35,385 bases of DNA from a virus (taxonomy: Duplodnaviria > Caudoviricetes). This document shows positions 1 to 7,026 of this stretch, piece by piece. The stretch lies in IMG/VR virus record IMGVR_UViG_3300036797_000127, positions 1 through 35,385 of that record; one strand, written 5' to 3'. Position numbers and translations under genes: made by a program. Numbering within the stretch: position 1 is the first letter of the stretch; each line of letters opens with the position of its first letter. The notes under the pieces were generated by a model, which saw nothing but the letters and a program-made list of their open reading frames with translations, was not told where the DNA came from and searched no databases.

Positions 1-867
1 ATGTTCCGCGAGCTCGCGGCCGCGGCGATGGACCACAAGAAACTTCGCCTGGCGGCCCGATCCTACGAAACCGACAAACAAAGATTGTCACGAATCTTGC
101 CACGCATCGGCGGCGTCCCTGCAGACGGCGTAACGAACGACCAGGTGGAAGACCTGCTCGCAGGCCTCCGCCATGAAGGGCTCTGCGGCTCCACGGCAAA
201 CCGTTACCGTTCGCTTCTCGGATCGATCTACAACTACGGCGTGCGCACCGGCCGCGTGCGTGCAAATCCCGTGCTACGCGTGAAACGGTTCAGGGAGAAC
301 GAGCATCGGGTGCGATGGCTCCGCGCCGAAGAAGAGAACGCGCTCCGTGAAGTGATCCGCGCGAATTGTCCGGATCACGAACCGGAGCTCGACCTCGCGC
401 TGTACACCGGCATGCGCCGAGGCGAACAATTCACATTGAAGTGGAAGGACGTCGATCTCGAGCGCGGGATCCTTACAGTGCACGGAAAAACCGGACGCAG
501 ATTTATAATTGCGAACTCTTCGGCGAAGTCTGCGATCGAGAAGCTTGCGCTAAAAAGAGAGACCGGCGAGAACTATGTCTGCAGGGATGCGACGGCGGAC
601 ACACAGAGGGATTGGCGGCGGTGGCTTGAGAACGCGGCGAAGAAGGCCGGCGTCGAGGACTTTCACTGGCACGATCTGCGTCACACATTCGCTTCGCGCC
701 TGGTCATGGCCGGCGTCGATCTGCGAACCGTCCAGGAGCTCCTCGGCCACAAGTCGATCCTGATGACTATGCGTTACGCGCACCTCTCGCCGGACCACCG
801 CCAGGCGGCGGCAGAGAAGATCGGAGGGATCAGTGGATCAACAACACACATGCTTAAAGAGGCGTGA
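1..867 (+). CDS. int: Tyrosine recombinase / phage integrase (may be 5'-truncated at the window edge)
   Basis: TGMRRGE (catalytic R), HDLRHTFASRL (HxxR) and LLGH...MTMRYAHL (H, Y) motifs. Confidence 0.95.
   Translation: MFRELAAAAMDHKKLRLAARSYETDKQRLSRILPRIGGVPADGVTNDQVEDLLAGLRHEGLCGSTANRYRSLLGSIYNYGVRTGRVRANPVLRVKRFRENEHRVRWLRAEEENALREVIRANCPDHEPELDLALYTGMRRGEQFTLKWKDVDLERGILTVHGKTGRRFIIANSSAKSAIEKLALKRETGENYVCRDATADTQRDWRRWLENAAKKAGVEDFHWHDLRHTFASRLVMAGVDLRTVQELLGHKSILMTMRYAHLSPDHRQAAAEKIGGISGSTTHMLKEA
802..829 (+). repeat. 28-bp direct repeat, copy 1 (integrase codons QAAAEKIG)
   Basis: caggcggcggcagagaagatcggaggga; 26/28 identical to 1133-1160. Confidence 0.9.
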
Positions 868-1177
868 CATCAGCGATCTTGAAGTTATGCGAGCCTACGT
901 TGAATCCAGACAAAAGCGCGGCGATGGAGAGGTGTACACGGCGATCGGAGCTTTTTTCGTTTCTCGAGAAGCCATCGTTTGGCCAGAAGATATTTTAGTT
1001 GAGCGCTTCCGATGTCCTGTAAAGGTCGCATATGCGGCCATGATGAGAGCGTGCGATAACGGCCTTATTGAATACGGAACCTCACTTCGCGGTGGCTGGC
1101 TAACTCCTTCCGGAATAGAGTTCCTTCGCGCTCAGGCGGCGGCCGAGAAGATCGGCGGGACGGAAGCTCGAATTTAG
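833..1177 (+). CDS. Hypothetical phage protein (possible winged helix) that ends in a copy of the integrase C-terminus
   Basis: GTG start just downstream of GGAGG; KVAYAAMMRACDNGLIEYGTSLRGGWLTPSG resembles small phage wHTH-like proteins; ends QAAAEKIGG. Confidence 0.75.
   Translation: MDQQHTCLKRRDISDLEVMRAYVESRQKRGDGEVYTAIGAFFVSREAIVWPEDILVERFRCPVKVAYAAMMRACDNGLIEYGTSLRGGWLTPSGIEFLRAQAAAEKIGGTEARI
1133..1160 (+). repeat. 28-bp direct repeat, copy 2
   Basis: caggcggcggccgagaagatcggcggga. Confidence 0.9.
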
Positions 1178-1193
1178 TTCGATCCCCGTAAGC

Positions 1194-1538
1194 TCATCGC
1201 TTGGCAATCGAAATCACGTTCGCAACATCGCCTGAGGGTTCGAACTCGCATATCACTCTGACTTTTGAGGACAGGGCTTCGCGGATCAAATCTGGAATTG
1301 CTTTCCGGATTTCAGGCGGGATGCTCCGATAGCCAACACAGTGGTAACTCTGTAAAAGCAAATACGCGGAATTGCGATGCTGCCAGTCGATTTCGAATAG
1401 CTTGGCGGCATCGCTTACAGGGCAAATATTAAACCAGTTGAACGGCCACTTCCACCACCGCGGCTTGGCCCTTTTAATCACACTTCGGATGAGGATTTCG
1501 CGGTGCTCTTGACTCAGTTCCAGCCCGGTCTTGGTCAT
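1194..1538 (-). CDS. Hypothetical phage protein (moron-like)
   Basis: 114-aa ORF with FNIC...AY..L..YHCVGY..IPPEIRKAIPDLIREAL pattern; candidate promoter TTTACA-16-TAGTAT on the minus strand near 1588-1615. Confidence 0.7.
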   Translation of the reverse strand: MTKTGLELSQEHREILIRSVIKRAKPRWWKWPFNWFNICPVSDAAKLFEIDWQHRNSAYLLLQSYHCVGYRSIPPEIRKAIPDLIREALSSKVRVICEFEPSGDVANVISIAKR

Positions 1539-1561
1539 CTCGAAATCGCGCGCCTTACACG

Positions 1562-1582
1562 CGCCGGACTCTCAGTCCGGCG
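1562..1582. other. Perfect 9-bp inverted repeat (hairpin)
   Basis: cgccggact-ctc-agtccggcg; followed by ttt on the plus strand (possible terminator) and lying at the predicted 5' end of the minus-strand transcript of 1194-1538. Confidence 0.6.
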
Positions 1583-1652
1583 TTTCTATACTACCTAGCC
1601 GCAATCCGTTGTAAACAGGCATCCTACGAGCGACGAAAACCGGAAGAAGGGG

Positions 1653-1679
1653 GCAGGTGCCACCCATAGTGCCACCTGC
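1653..1679. repeat. Tandem GTGCCACC repeats nested in an inverted repeat; candidate integrase arm-type site
   Basis: gtgccacc at 1657-1664 and 1669-1676; gcaggtg/cacctgc inverted; lies between the integrase and the lysis genes. Confidence 0.45.
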
Positions 1680-1789
1680 GAAGTCGGCGGAGGCGTCTCT
1701 GCGCCCTGGCGCCGACGCCCCCTAGCCTTGGTGAAGGTAGACTACCATACGCCGATTGTAGCAAAAAAGACACAGATTGGAATGGTAAA

Positions 1790-2203
1790 TCAGGCCGCCG
1801 GAATGCTCGGAACGACCGCGTCCATCTCTGCGGTGATGAGGGTCACGACGCTTGTGATTTGCCCGGCCTTTGCCGAGTTCTTGATTTCGGCCATGGCCAA
1901 AAGTCCGGCCAGGTTGTTCTTGATGCTGTCCATCGCCGTGCGAACTGTCATCGCCGCCGATGAACCGCTGGAGGTCGTGGCCGAGTGCGTCACCGCGGAG
2001 ATGGTCGCGAGATCACCTTGCACCATCTTCATCACGTTCCCGACTGCTGGAGCGGCCGCCGGGTCCGCGATGCCAACAATCGCCACCACAAACGGGCCAA
2101 CATAGGCCACCATGGATTGCGCTTTCTGCTCCCATGCCGGCGCCGCTTTGAACCACTTCACGAAGTCTTGTTCCATGCGTTCCACGAAAGTATTTACGCT
2201 CAT
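1790..2203 (-). CDS. Lysis-region hypothetical protein with a hydrophobic segment
   Basis: RBS AAGGAG; VAYVGPFVVAIVGIA; last gene of the late operon. Confidence 0.75.
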   Translation of the reverse strand: MSVNTFVERMEQDFVKWFKAAPAWEQKAQSMVAYVGPFVVAIVGIADPAAAPAVGNVMKMVQGDLATISAVTHSATTSSGSSAAMTVRTAMDSIKNNLAGLLAMAEIKNSAKAGQITSVVTLITAEMDAVVPSIPAA

Positions 2204-2225
2204 GCTGTTCTCCTTTTAGTGTTTA

Positions 2226-2858
2226 TCATAAAAATCCGTGCAAGAAATTTCCGAGGGCACTGGCTATCACCAGCACCGTCGTTTTGACCTTCGAACCGGG
2301 CTTCATGATCATCGCCACTTCGTAATCGACGCCTTCGTGAATCGACTTCATCGTGCCGGCCGCTTCGCTCGTAGCCGTAGCCGCGTTCTGTGCCGAAGTG
2401 TCGAGCTGGACAATCGCGTCCTTGAGCCCTGGATCCTTCAGATCAGCCGTGGCCGCATCCAGTGTCCCCGTTCCGGCTCCGAGGGTTATGTGCGCGTCCG
2501 CCGCAATTCCCCTGATGGCCTCATTCGTGACGGGCGCGACGGTCCCGAGCTCGACGGCAGACGCGTCCAGGTGCCTCACGGCGACATCCGCATCGTCCAG
2601 GAGCTTCGATCCCCGCGACGTGAGGCCTTGGGCTGCCGCGATCTGCGCATTCTCGCTTGCGCGTTCGTCCAGGGCGATATGGCGCACCGTATTGAGGACG
2701 CCGGACATTTCCGCCTCGGTGCGCGTCGTGTTCGTCTCGATCGCCTGGACGCCGGCGAGCGCCGCCTCCATGTGGGGCATGAATTGATGCAGGTCCATCG
2801 TGATGCGGATCGCGCAGACGGCCAGAACTAAATAAAACGCCGCACGCACGAAGTTCAT
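2226..2858 (-). CDS. Membrane-anchored coiled-coil protein (spanin-like by position)
   Basis: N-terminal TM (AAFYLVLAVCAI), Ala-rich helical body, hydrophobic C-terminus; ATGA overlap with the upstream gene. Confidence 0.7.
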   Translation of the reverse strand: MNFVRAAFYLVLAVCAIRITMDLHQFMPHMEAALAGVQAIETNTTRTEAEMSGVLNTVRHIALDERASENAQIAAAQGLTSRGSKLLDDADVAVRHLDASAVELGTVAPVTNEAIRGIAADAHITLGAGTGTLDAATADLKDPGLKDAIVQLDTSAQNAATATSEAAGTMKSIHEGVDYEVAMIMKPGSKVKTTVLVIASALGNFLHGFL

Positions 2859-3130
2859 TTTTTGTCCGCCGGCGCATCCATCGGCGGATTTGCGTTCAAC
2901 CCGTCCGGGTTGTGGATGGAAATGCTCCTAAAAGTAGTGCTGCGCATATTGACGGCAACGTACCCTACCACGTATACAAACAAGCGATAATATTTCTGGA
3001 AGCGTGGGAACTGGGCGATCTCCGGGGCGTCCCACGGCGGCAGTAAAAACGAGTGCGCCAAGGAAGCAGAAAATGAGGTCGCTAAAATCGGAAACAGAAC
3101 ATCCTTAATTGCCTGCCAAGAAGTGTGCAT
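2855..3130 (-). CDS. Putative holin-like small membrane protein
   Basis: 91 aa, two hydrophobic segments, directly downstream of the endolysin. Confidence 0.6.
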   Translation of the reverse strand: MHTSWQAIKDVLFPILATSFSASLAHSFLLPPWDAPEIAQFPRFQKYYRLFVYVVGYVAVNMRSTTFRSISIHNPDGLNANPPMDAPADKK

Positions 3131-3147
3131 TTTTATGTGCCTTTCGT

Positions 3148-3642
3148 TTAGCCGTCGACGTCGCGGCGCAGCCAGCCGAGCAGGTCATTCGCTTCTTTGG
3201 GATTGAGAAGGGAATCGTCGAAGTGCATTTTGCAGAGGCGCGCCTTGAATTCCTTGAGCAGCTTTTCGCTGTCCGCGGCATTCACGTGAGCCTCGGTCTG
3301 GCTGCCCCAGTTTCCGTCAGCCACGATCGGACCCGCCTGAATCGTTCCCAGGCTCATTTGCAAAATACGAATCGAGTGATGCTTGGAGTTGACGTACGCA
3401 TCCATGATCTTCGAGGCCAGGCGCTGATTCTCGACCTGATCGAAAAGCCAAAAATCGCGGCGATAAATCTCCTTCGCCCCTTCGCGCGTGAGGTTTTTTA
3501 TATCCACGTCCGGATAGGACCGCTTTGAAATTCCAAAATTCGTTTCGCCGCCCGGGTCGTTCGGGTCATTTGAATACCCCCCCTCATGCCCCAAGACAAA
3601 CTCCACCGCCTGGTCAAAGTCGCAGATTGGCCATTTCTCCAT
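3148..3642 (-). CDS. Endolysin, glycoside hydrolase family 108
   Basis: HEGGYSNDPNDPGGETNFGIS signature; C-terminal LLGWLRR (PG_binding_3-like). Confidence 0.92.
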   Translation of the reverse strand: MEKWPICDFDQAVEFVLGHEGGYSNDPNDPGGETNFGISKRSYPDVDIKNLTREGAKEIYRRDFWLFDQVENQRLASKIMDAYVNSKHHSIRILQMSLGTIQAGPIVADGNWGSQTEAHVNAADSEKLLKEFKARLCKMHFDDSLLNPKEANDLLGWLRRDVDG

Positions 3643-3710
3643 TCAGTGTTCAGTTCTGTACAGATTTAAAAGTATTGACGACCCAGGATGATGGGGTTTT
3701 ACTGAAAGGG

Positions 3711-3914
3711 ATGTGCCCCTTGTTTTGTCCAAAATGCCCGCACACCGAATCCGTGCATGACAAGAACGGATGCCTGATGAGTGGGTGCGCGTGCGATGAA
3801 ACGCCAGATTTAATCATGAAAGCCGTGTCGGCTAGTCGCGCCAGGCATCCTCACGCAAGCGTTTCGCGAGACGCGCAGATTTATCCGCTGGTTTCAGTTC
3901 CTCAATCTCGTTAG
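3711..3914 (+). CDS. Small Cys/His-rich antisense ORF (putative metal-binding moron)
   Basis: CPKCPHTESVHDKNGCLMSGCAC; TTGACG(3675)-17-TTTACT(3698) promoter-like sequence just upstream of ATG 3711. Confidence 0.5.
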   Translation: MCPLFCPKCPHTESVHDKNGCLMSGCACDETPDLIMKAVSASRARHPHASVSRDAQIYPLVSVPQSR

Positions 3915-4089
3915 CGAGTTCGTGCTTCCAGCGGCGTTCATTGCGGTCTTTTTCCTTGCGGGCGAATATCCCGATCCCGTTGATGTCCTTACGCATTACG
4001 TGAGAAAGGGCATATGTAAAACCGACCGCGATCCAGAACTTGCTATCGTCTGTGAGGATCATCGGGGTTGTCGCGCCTTGCATACTCAA
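3832..4089 (-). CDS. Small single-TM protein upstream of the endolysin (holin/antiholin-like position)
   Basis: FWIAVGFTYALSHV TM followed by a charged tail. Confidence 0.6.
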   Translation of the reverse strand: MSMQGATTPMILTDDSKFWIAVGFTYALSHVMRKDINGIGIFARKEKDRNERRWKHELANEIEELKPADKSARLAKRLREDAWRD

Positions 4090-4351
4090 AGCGCAGCTTG
4101 TTGATTTCTTCCTGCTTTTTTAGCGCGTCATGCCCCAAACTTGGAGGCTCTCGCCTGGCTAATTCCATGAGAAGTGCAAGTTCCGTTTCAGCCTTAAACA
4201 GCTTCACAGGAAGCTCTAATTCCTGCGCAAAATCCCAAGTCCCGGCGTGAATCATTCCTACTTCGCCACTGGGCTTCCAATGCGTAAACCCTTTCCGGCG
4301 AATGACACTTTCCATGATCTCCGCGAACCAGATCCACGGCGGTATCTTCAT
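4043..4351 (-). CDS. Hypothetical protein
   Basis: AGGAG upstream of ATG 4351 (the ORF is open to 4459). Confidence 0.55.
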   Translation of the reverse strand: MKIPPWIWFAEIMESVIRRKGFTHWKPSGEVGMIHAGTWDFAQELELPVKLFKAETELALLMELARREPPSLGHDALKKQEEINKLRFEYARRDNPDDPHRR

Positions 4352-4475
4352 TTCAGGATGTCTCCTGGTCCTATCGCGAAAGTAGCTTGTGCCGGCGCTG
4401 ACGCTCGGCACAGTCCCAATTCGCCGAACAACTGCCTGGACCGTTGCACTCGTCCACATCTACTAAAGGGAAGCT

Positions 4476-5216
4476 TTAATTGTTTATCAGCCGATGCCTT
4501 GATGCAGCAGCAGCGCCGCCTAATTTGAAAGCTGCGACTACCATATATGTGGAAGAGGAGGCACTTCCCGTGGTGTTCATGCTTGGCGTGCCAGAACTGA
4601 CTACCGCATTGTTATAGGCCGATTGTGAAGTAAGTCCAAAACTTCCGTTGACGAATTCAATCCCAGTCTCTCCTGAAGGAACAGTGTAAGTAGTTGCTCC
4701 ACCAGTAACTCCCGCACCATATATCAGCACGTCGGTAGTCGTCAGTGAGCCACTCGAAATTGCCACACTGAAATTAGTTGTGGTGGTATTTAAGGCAAAG
4801 CCAGTCTGATCTAAGCAACCAGAAGTTTTGTTTCCGCTAAACTCCATAATGTGAATGGCGTACCAATTACCGCCCCCACCTGACACAGAAACCGTGGGAG
4901 CCACACCGCCAACAGCGCTGCAAACGTAGAATATTCCTGGAGGATAGGCACCTGGAGTCACAGCATGTGACCACGTTCCATTACTTGGATCACTGACGGT
5001 GGCAGTTGATGAAGACCCCGTGTTAACCCACACTAAAGCAACCAGTAGATTGCCCGCTGTATTATTTGACGAATAAGCCTTGGACGTACTCGTAGAGAAC
5101 GTAAAGCCGGAGGTATGTTGTACAAGCGCGAAAGTTTGCGACTCCGCCTTCTGCGGAATCAGCAACCCAAGGCAACACAGAAGAGAAGCAATCAGAAATC
5201 GTTTTATTGGTTGCAT
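4476..5216 (-). CDS. Signal-peptide-bearing beta-rich protein (tail-fibre/receptor-binding position)
   Basis: MQPIKRFLIASLLCCLGLLIPQKAES|Q; ALVQ...SNNTAGNLLVALV...TVSD beta-sandwich pattern; visibly more AT-rich than its neighbours. Confidence 0.8.
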   Translation of the reverse strand: MQPIKRFLIASLLCCLGLLIPQKAESQTFALVQHTSGFTFSTSTSKAYSSNNTAGNLLVALVWVNTGSSSTATVSDPSNGTWSHAVTPGAYPPGIFYVCSAVGGVAPTVSVSGGGGNWYAIHIMEFSGNKTSGCLDQTGFALNTTTTNFSVAISSGSLTTTDVLIYGAGVTGGATTYTVPSGETGIEFVNGSFGLTSQSAYNNAVVSSGTPSMNTTGSASSSTYMVVAAFKLGGAAAASRHRLINN

Positions 5217-6196
5217 GTGATGTCGATCTCCGCGTATTTTGCCGTCGCCACGGTTTTGAGTTGAATGCCGAAAATATCGTTGGCCGTGACCGAGGTCGTC
5301 CAGCCGGACAGCGTTGTGCTGTGAATTGAAGTTCCGGTCGAAATGGCCGGAAGGGCCGAGGCCGTGATCGTGTTCGTCACCGTGGGAATGGCCGTACCAG
5401 TTGCGATCTTCCAAATGTCGAAAGTCACGGTTCCGGCGTCGACTGACGCATTCCATGCGGTGATGGTGCATGCATAAGGAACGGTGAAGTAAACGACCGA
5501 GCCTGACGTCAGCGCCGATCCTCCTGTGTCGCCGAAGGTTGTGCCGAAATCGCGCACGTTGATCCCGGTCGCGAGGCGCGCGGTCGCGAGCGTGCCGCTA
5601 GAAATATTCGAGGCGTTTGTTGTGTCGGTTGTGGCGGAGGTAGCGAACGACACGCCGCCCGTTTTGCTGGTTGTGGTCGCGCAGCTTCCCGCGCTCGATG
5701 TCGTGTCGCCCGTGAGCGCCGGCATGTTTGCGCAAGTAACTGATCCGACGCTGCCAGCCGTGGCGCTGATCTCGGCCGGGAAAAGCTGCATCGTGTATGT
5801 TCCGCCGGAGCCGTTCGTGGAGAGCACGCGGCCGATTACCTGGCCGCTCGAAGGATAAGACGAAGCTGTATCGTGGCAGTCGCCAGCCGTCGAGGAACTG
5901 ATCTGCACGTAATCCCCCGCCGTGGTCGCCCCATCGAAGACGCAGGGAACGCTGCCGGAAAGTTGAACCGTAGCGTTTCCCGTCGTTCCGGCGCCGCCTA
6001 CCGTGACCCCGATGACTCCGCTTGTGTCGGTAGTCGCTGCGCGGACTGCAGTCGACGGCGCGCCTGTCAGCTTTGTAAGTTTATTGAGCACGGTTCCGGT
6101 CGTCCCAGCGTTGGCGAAGACGAGACGATTAGATTGCGCAGCAAGCGGAGACGAAACCACCGCCAGAAGCGCAAGTGCTGCGAATACTTTCTTCAT
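5204..6196 (-). CDS. Signal-peptide-bearing virion-type protein (DUF2190/cement-like N-domain, fibre-like linker, beta-sandwich C-domain)
   Basis: RBS GAGG; MKKVFAALALLAVVSSPLAA|Q; GVIGV...G.ATVQLSG...GDYV...VIGRVL; C-terminal VPYACTITAW...DIWK...LSGWTTSV. Confidence 0.8.
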   Translation of the reverse strand: MKKVFAALALLAVVSSPLAAQSNRLVFANAGTTGTVLNKLTKLTGAPSTAVRAATTDTSGVIGVTVGGAGTTGNATVQLSGSVPCVFDGATTAGDYVQISSSTAGDCHDTASSYPSSGQVIGRVLSTNGSGGTYTMQLFPAEISATAGSVGSVTCANMPALTGDTTSSAGSCATTTSKTGGVSFATSATTDTTNASNISSGTLATARLATGINVRDFGTTFGDTGGSALTSGSVVYFTVPYACTITAWNASVDAGTVTFDIWKIATGTAIPTVTNTITASALPAISTGTSIHSTTLSGWTTSVTANDIFGIQLKTVATAKYAEIDITCNQ

Positions 6197-6210
6197 TCTG
6201 TTCCTCTTTC

Positions 6211-7017
6211 CTAATAGCGATACCAAGCGAGAAAACTGTCCCCGGTCGCTGGCGCATTCACCATCGTGATGTTTAGTCCTGAGAGCGTGAAGTCGACACC
6301 GCCAGGAAAAAGCACAGCTGCTCCCCCGCTCGCGAATCGCTGCACGAGAATCAGAGAACCCGCCGGGCTCGGCGAATGGGCCAGAGTGAACGCCGCGTTC
6401 GATCCATTAATCGAGCCGCCGGGAGTTTCCGAATCCGCGAAGTTCAGGCCGGCGCCGGTCGGGATTGCCTTGGCCTTATATTTTCCTGAAGCGTTGTCAT
6501 AAGTGATGACCCATCCATCCGTCGGAGTCCCGACCGTGGTTGCATCGAGAGGTTTTCCTTCCAGTCCGACCACGGTTTGAGATGAGCTTGACCCGCTCAG
6601 GTCTCCGCCAGCTGCGAAAATTCCGCCGCTGCCGCCGGTGAGCTGCACGACGTTCGTCCCGTCGCTGTACACCTGCACGAATCCAGCTGCCGCGGCGATC
6701 GTGATGGTCGACCCAGGCGCGCCGGTCACCTGCACGACGAGGCTGTGGCCGCCGGTGGTGGCGTTTTCAAAAATAAAGGAGCGTTCCACGGAGGCGGGAA
6801 GATTGACGTGCCGGTCCGCCGTCAGCGCGCCGGTGATCTTGATCGCGCCGCCCGAAGCGAGTTGCACCTGCGTCAACGTCATGTCCGCATCCGAATTGGC
6901 GAACGAGACGAGTGCGTTCTCCGCGTTGTCCAGCGCATCAAATGCGCCGTTCGCCGTGACCTCCGGCTGATTCTGCGCCGCGGCGATGTGCGTAATTGCT
7001 AAGTTCGGTGAAGCCAT
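6211..7017 (-). CDS. Tail fibre adaptor-like protein (DUF2793-like N-terminus)
   Basis: MASPNLAITHIAAAQNQPEVTANGAFDALD; directly follows the megatron-like gene. Confidence 0.75.
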   Translation of the reverse strand: MASPNLAITHIAAAQNQPEVTANGAFDALDNAENALVSFANSDADMTLTQVQLASGGAIKITGALTADRHVNLPASVERSFIFENATTGGHSLVVQVTGAPGSTITIAAAAGFVQVYSDGTNVVQLTGGSGGIFAAGGDLSGSSSSQTVVGLEGKPLDATTVGTPTDGWVITYDNASGKYKAKAIPTGAGLNFADSETPGGSINGSNAAFTLAHSPSPAGSLILVQRFASGGAAVLFPGGVDFTLSGLNITMVNAPATGDSFLAWYRY

Positions 7018-7026
7018 ATTCTCCCC

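Noticed and set aside
1177-1196. gttcgatccccgtaagctca resembles a tRNA T-loop and 3' acceptor strand (possible att core)
   Set aside because: The 5' side of the T-stem does not pair and there is no CCA; too short to call without a host comparison.
1562-1582. Hairpin with a CTC loop resembling a tRNA-Glu anticodon arm
   Set aside because: No D-arm, T-arm or acceptor stem around it.
2521-2877. Overlapping minus-strand ORF as an embedded o-spanin
   Set aside because: No hydrophobic signal or lipobox; the Arg-rich composition is typical of an off-frame read.
5217-5471. ORF-track N-terminal extensions (4476-5471, 10832-11893, 28095-29885, 30844-31353)
   Set aside because: They overlap upstream genes extensively; downstream starts with coupling or RBS fit better.
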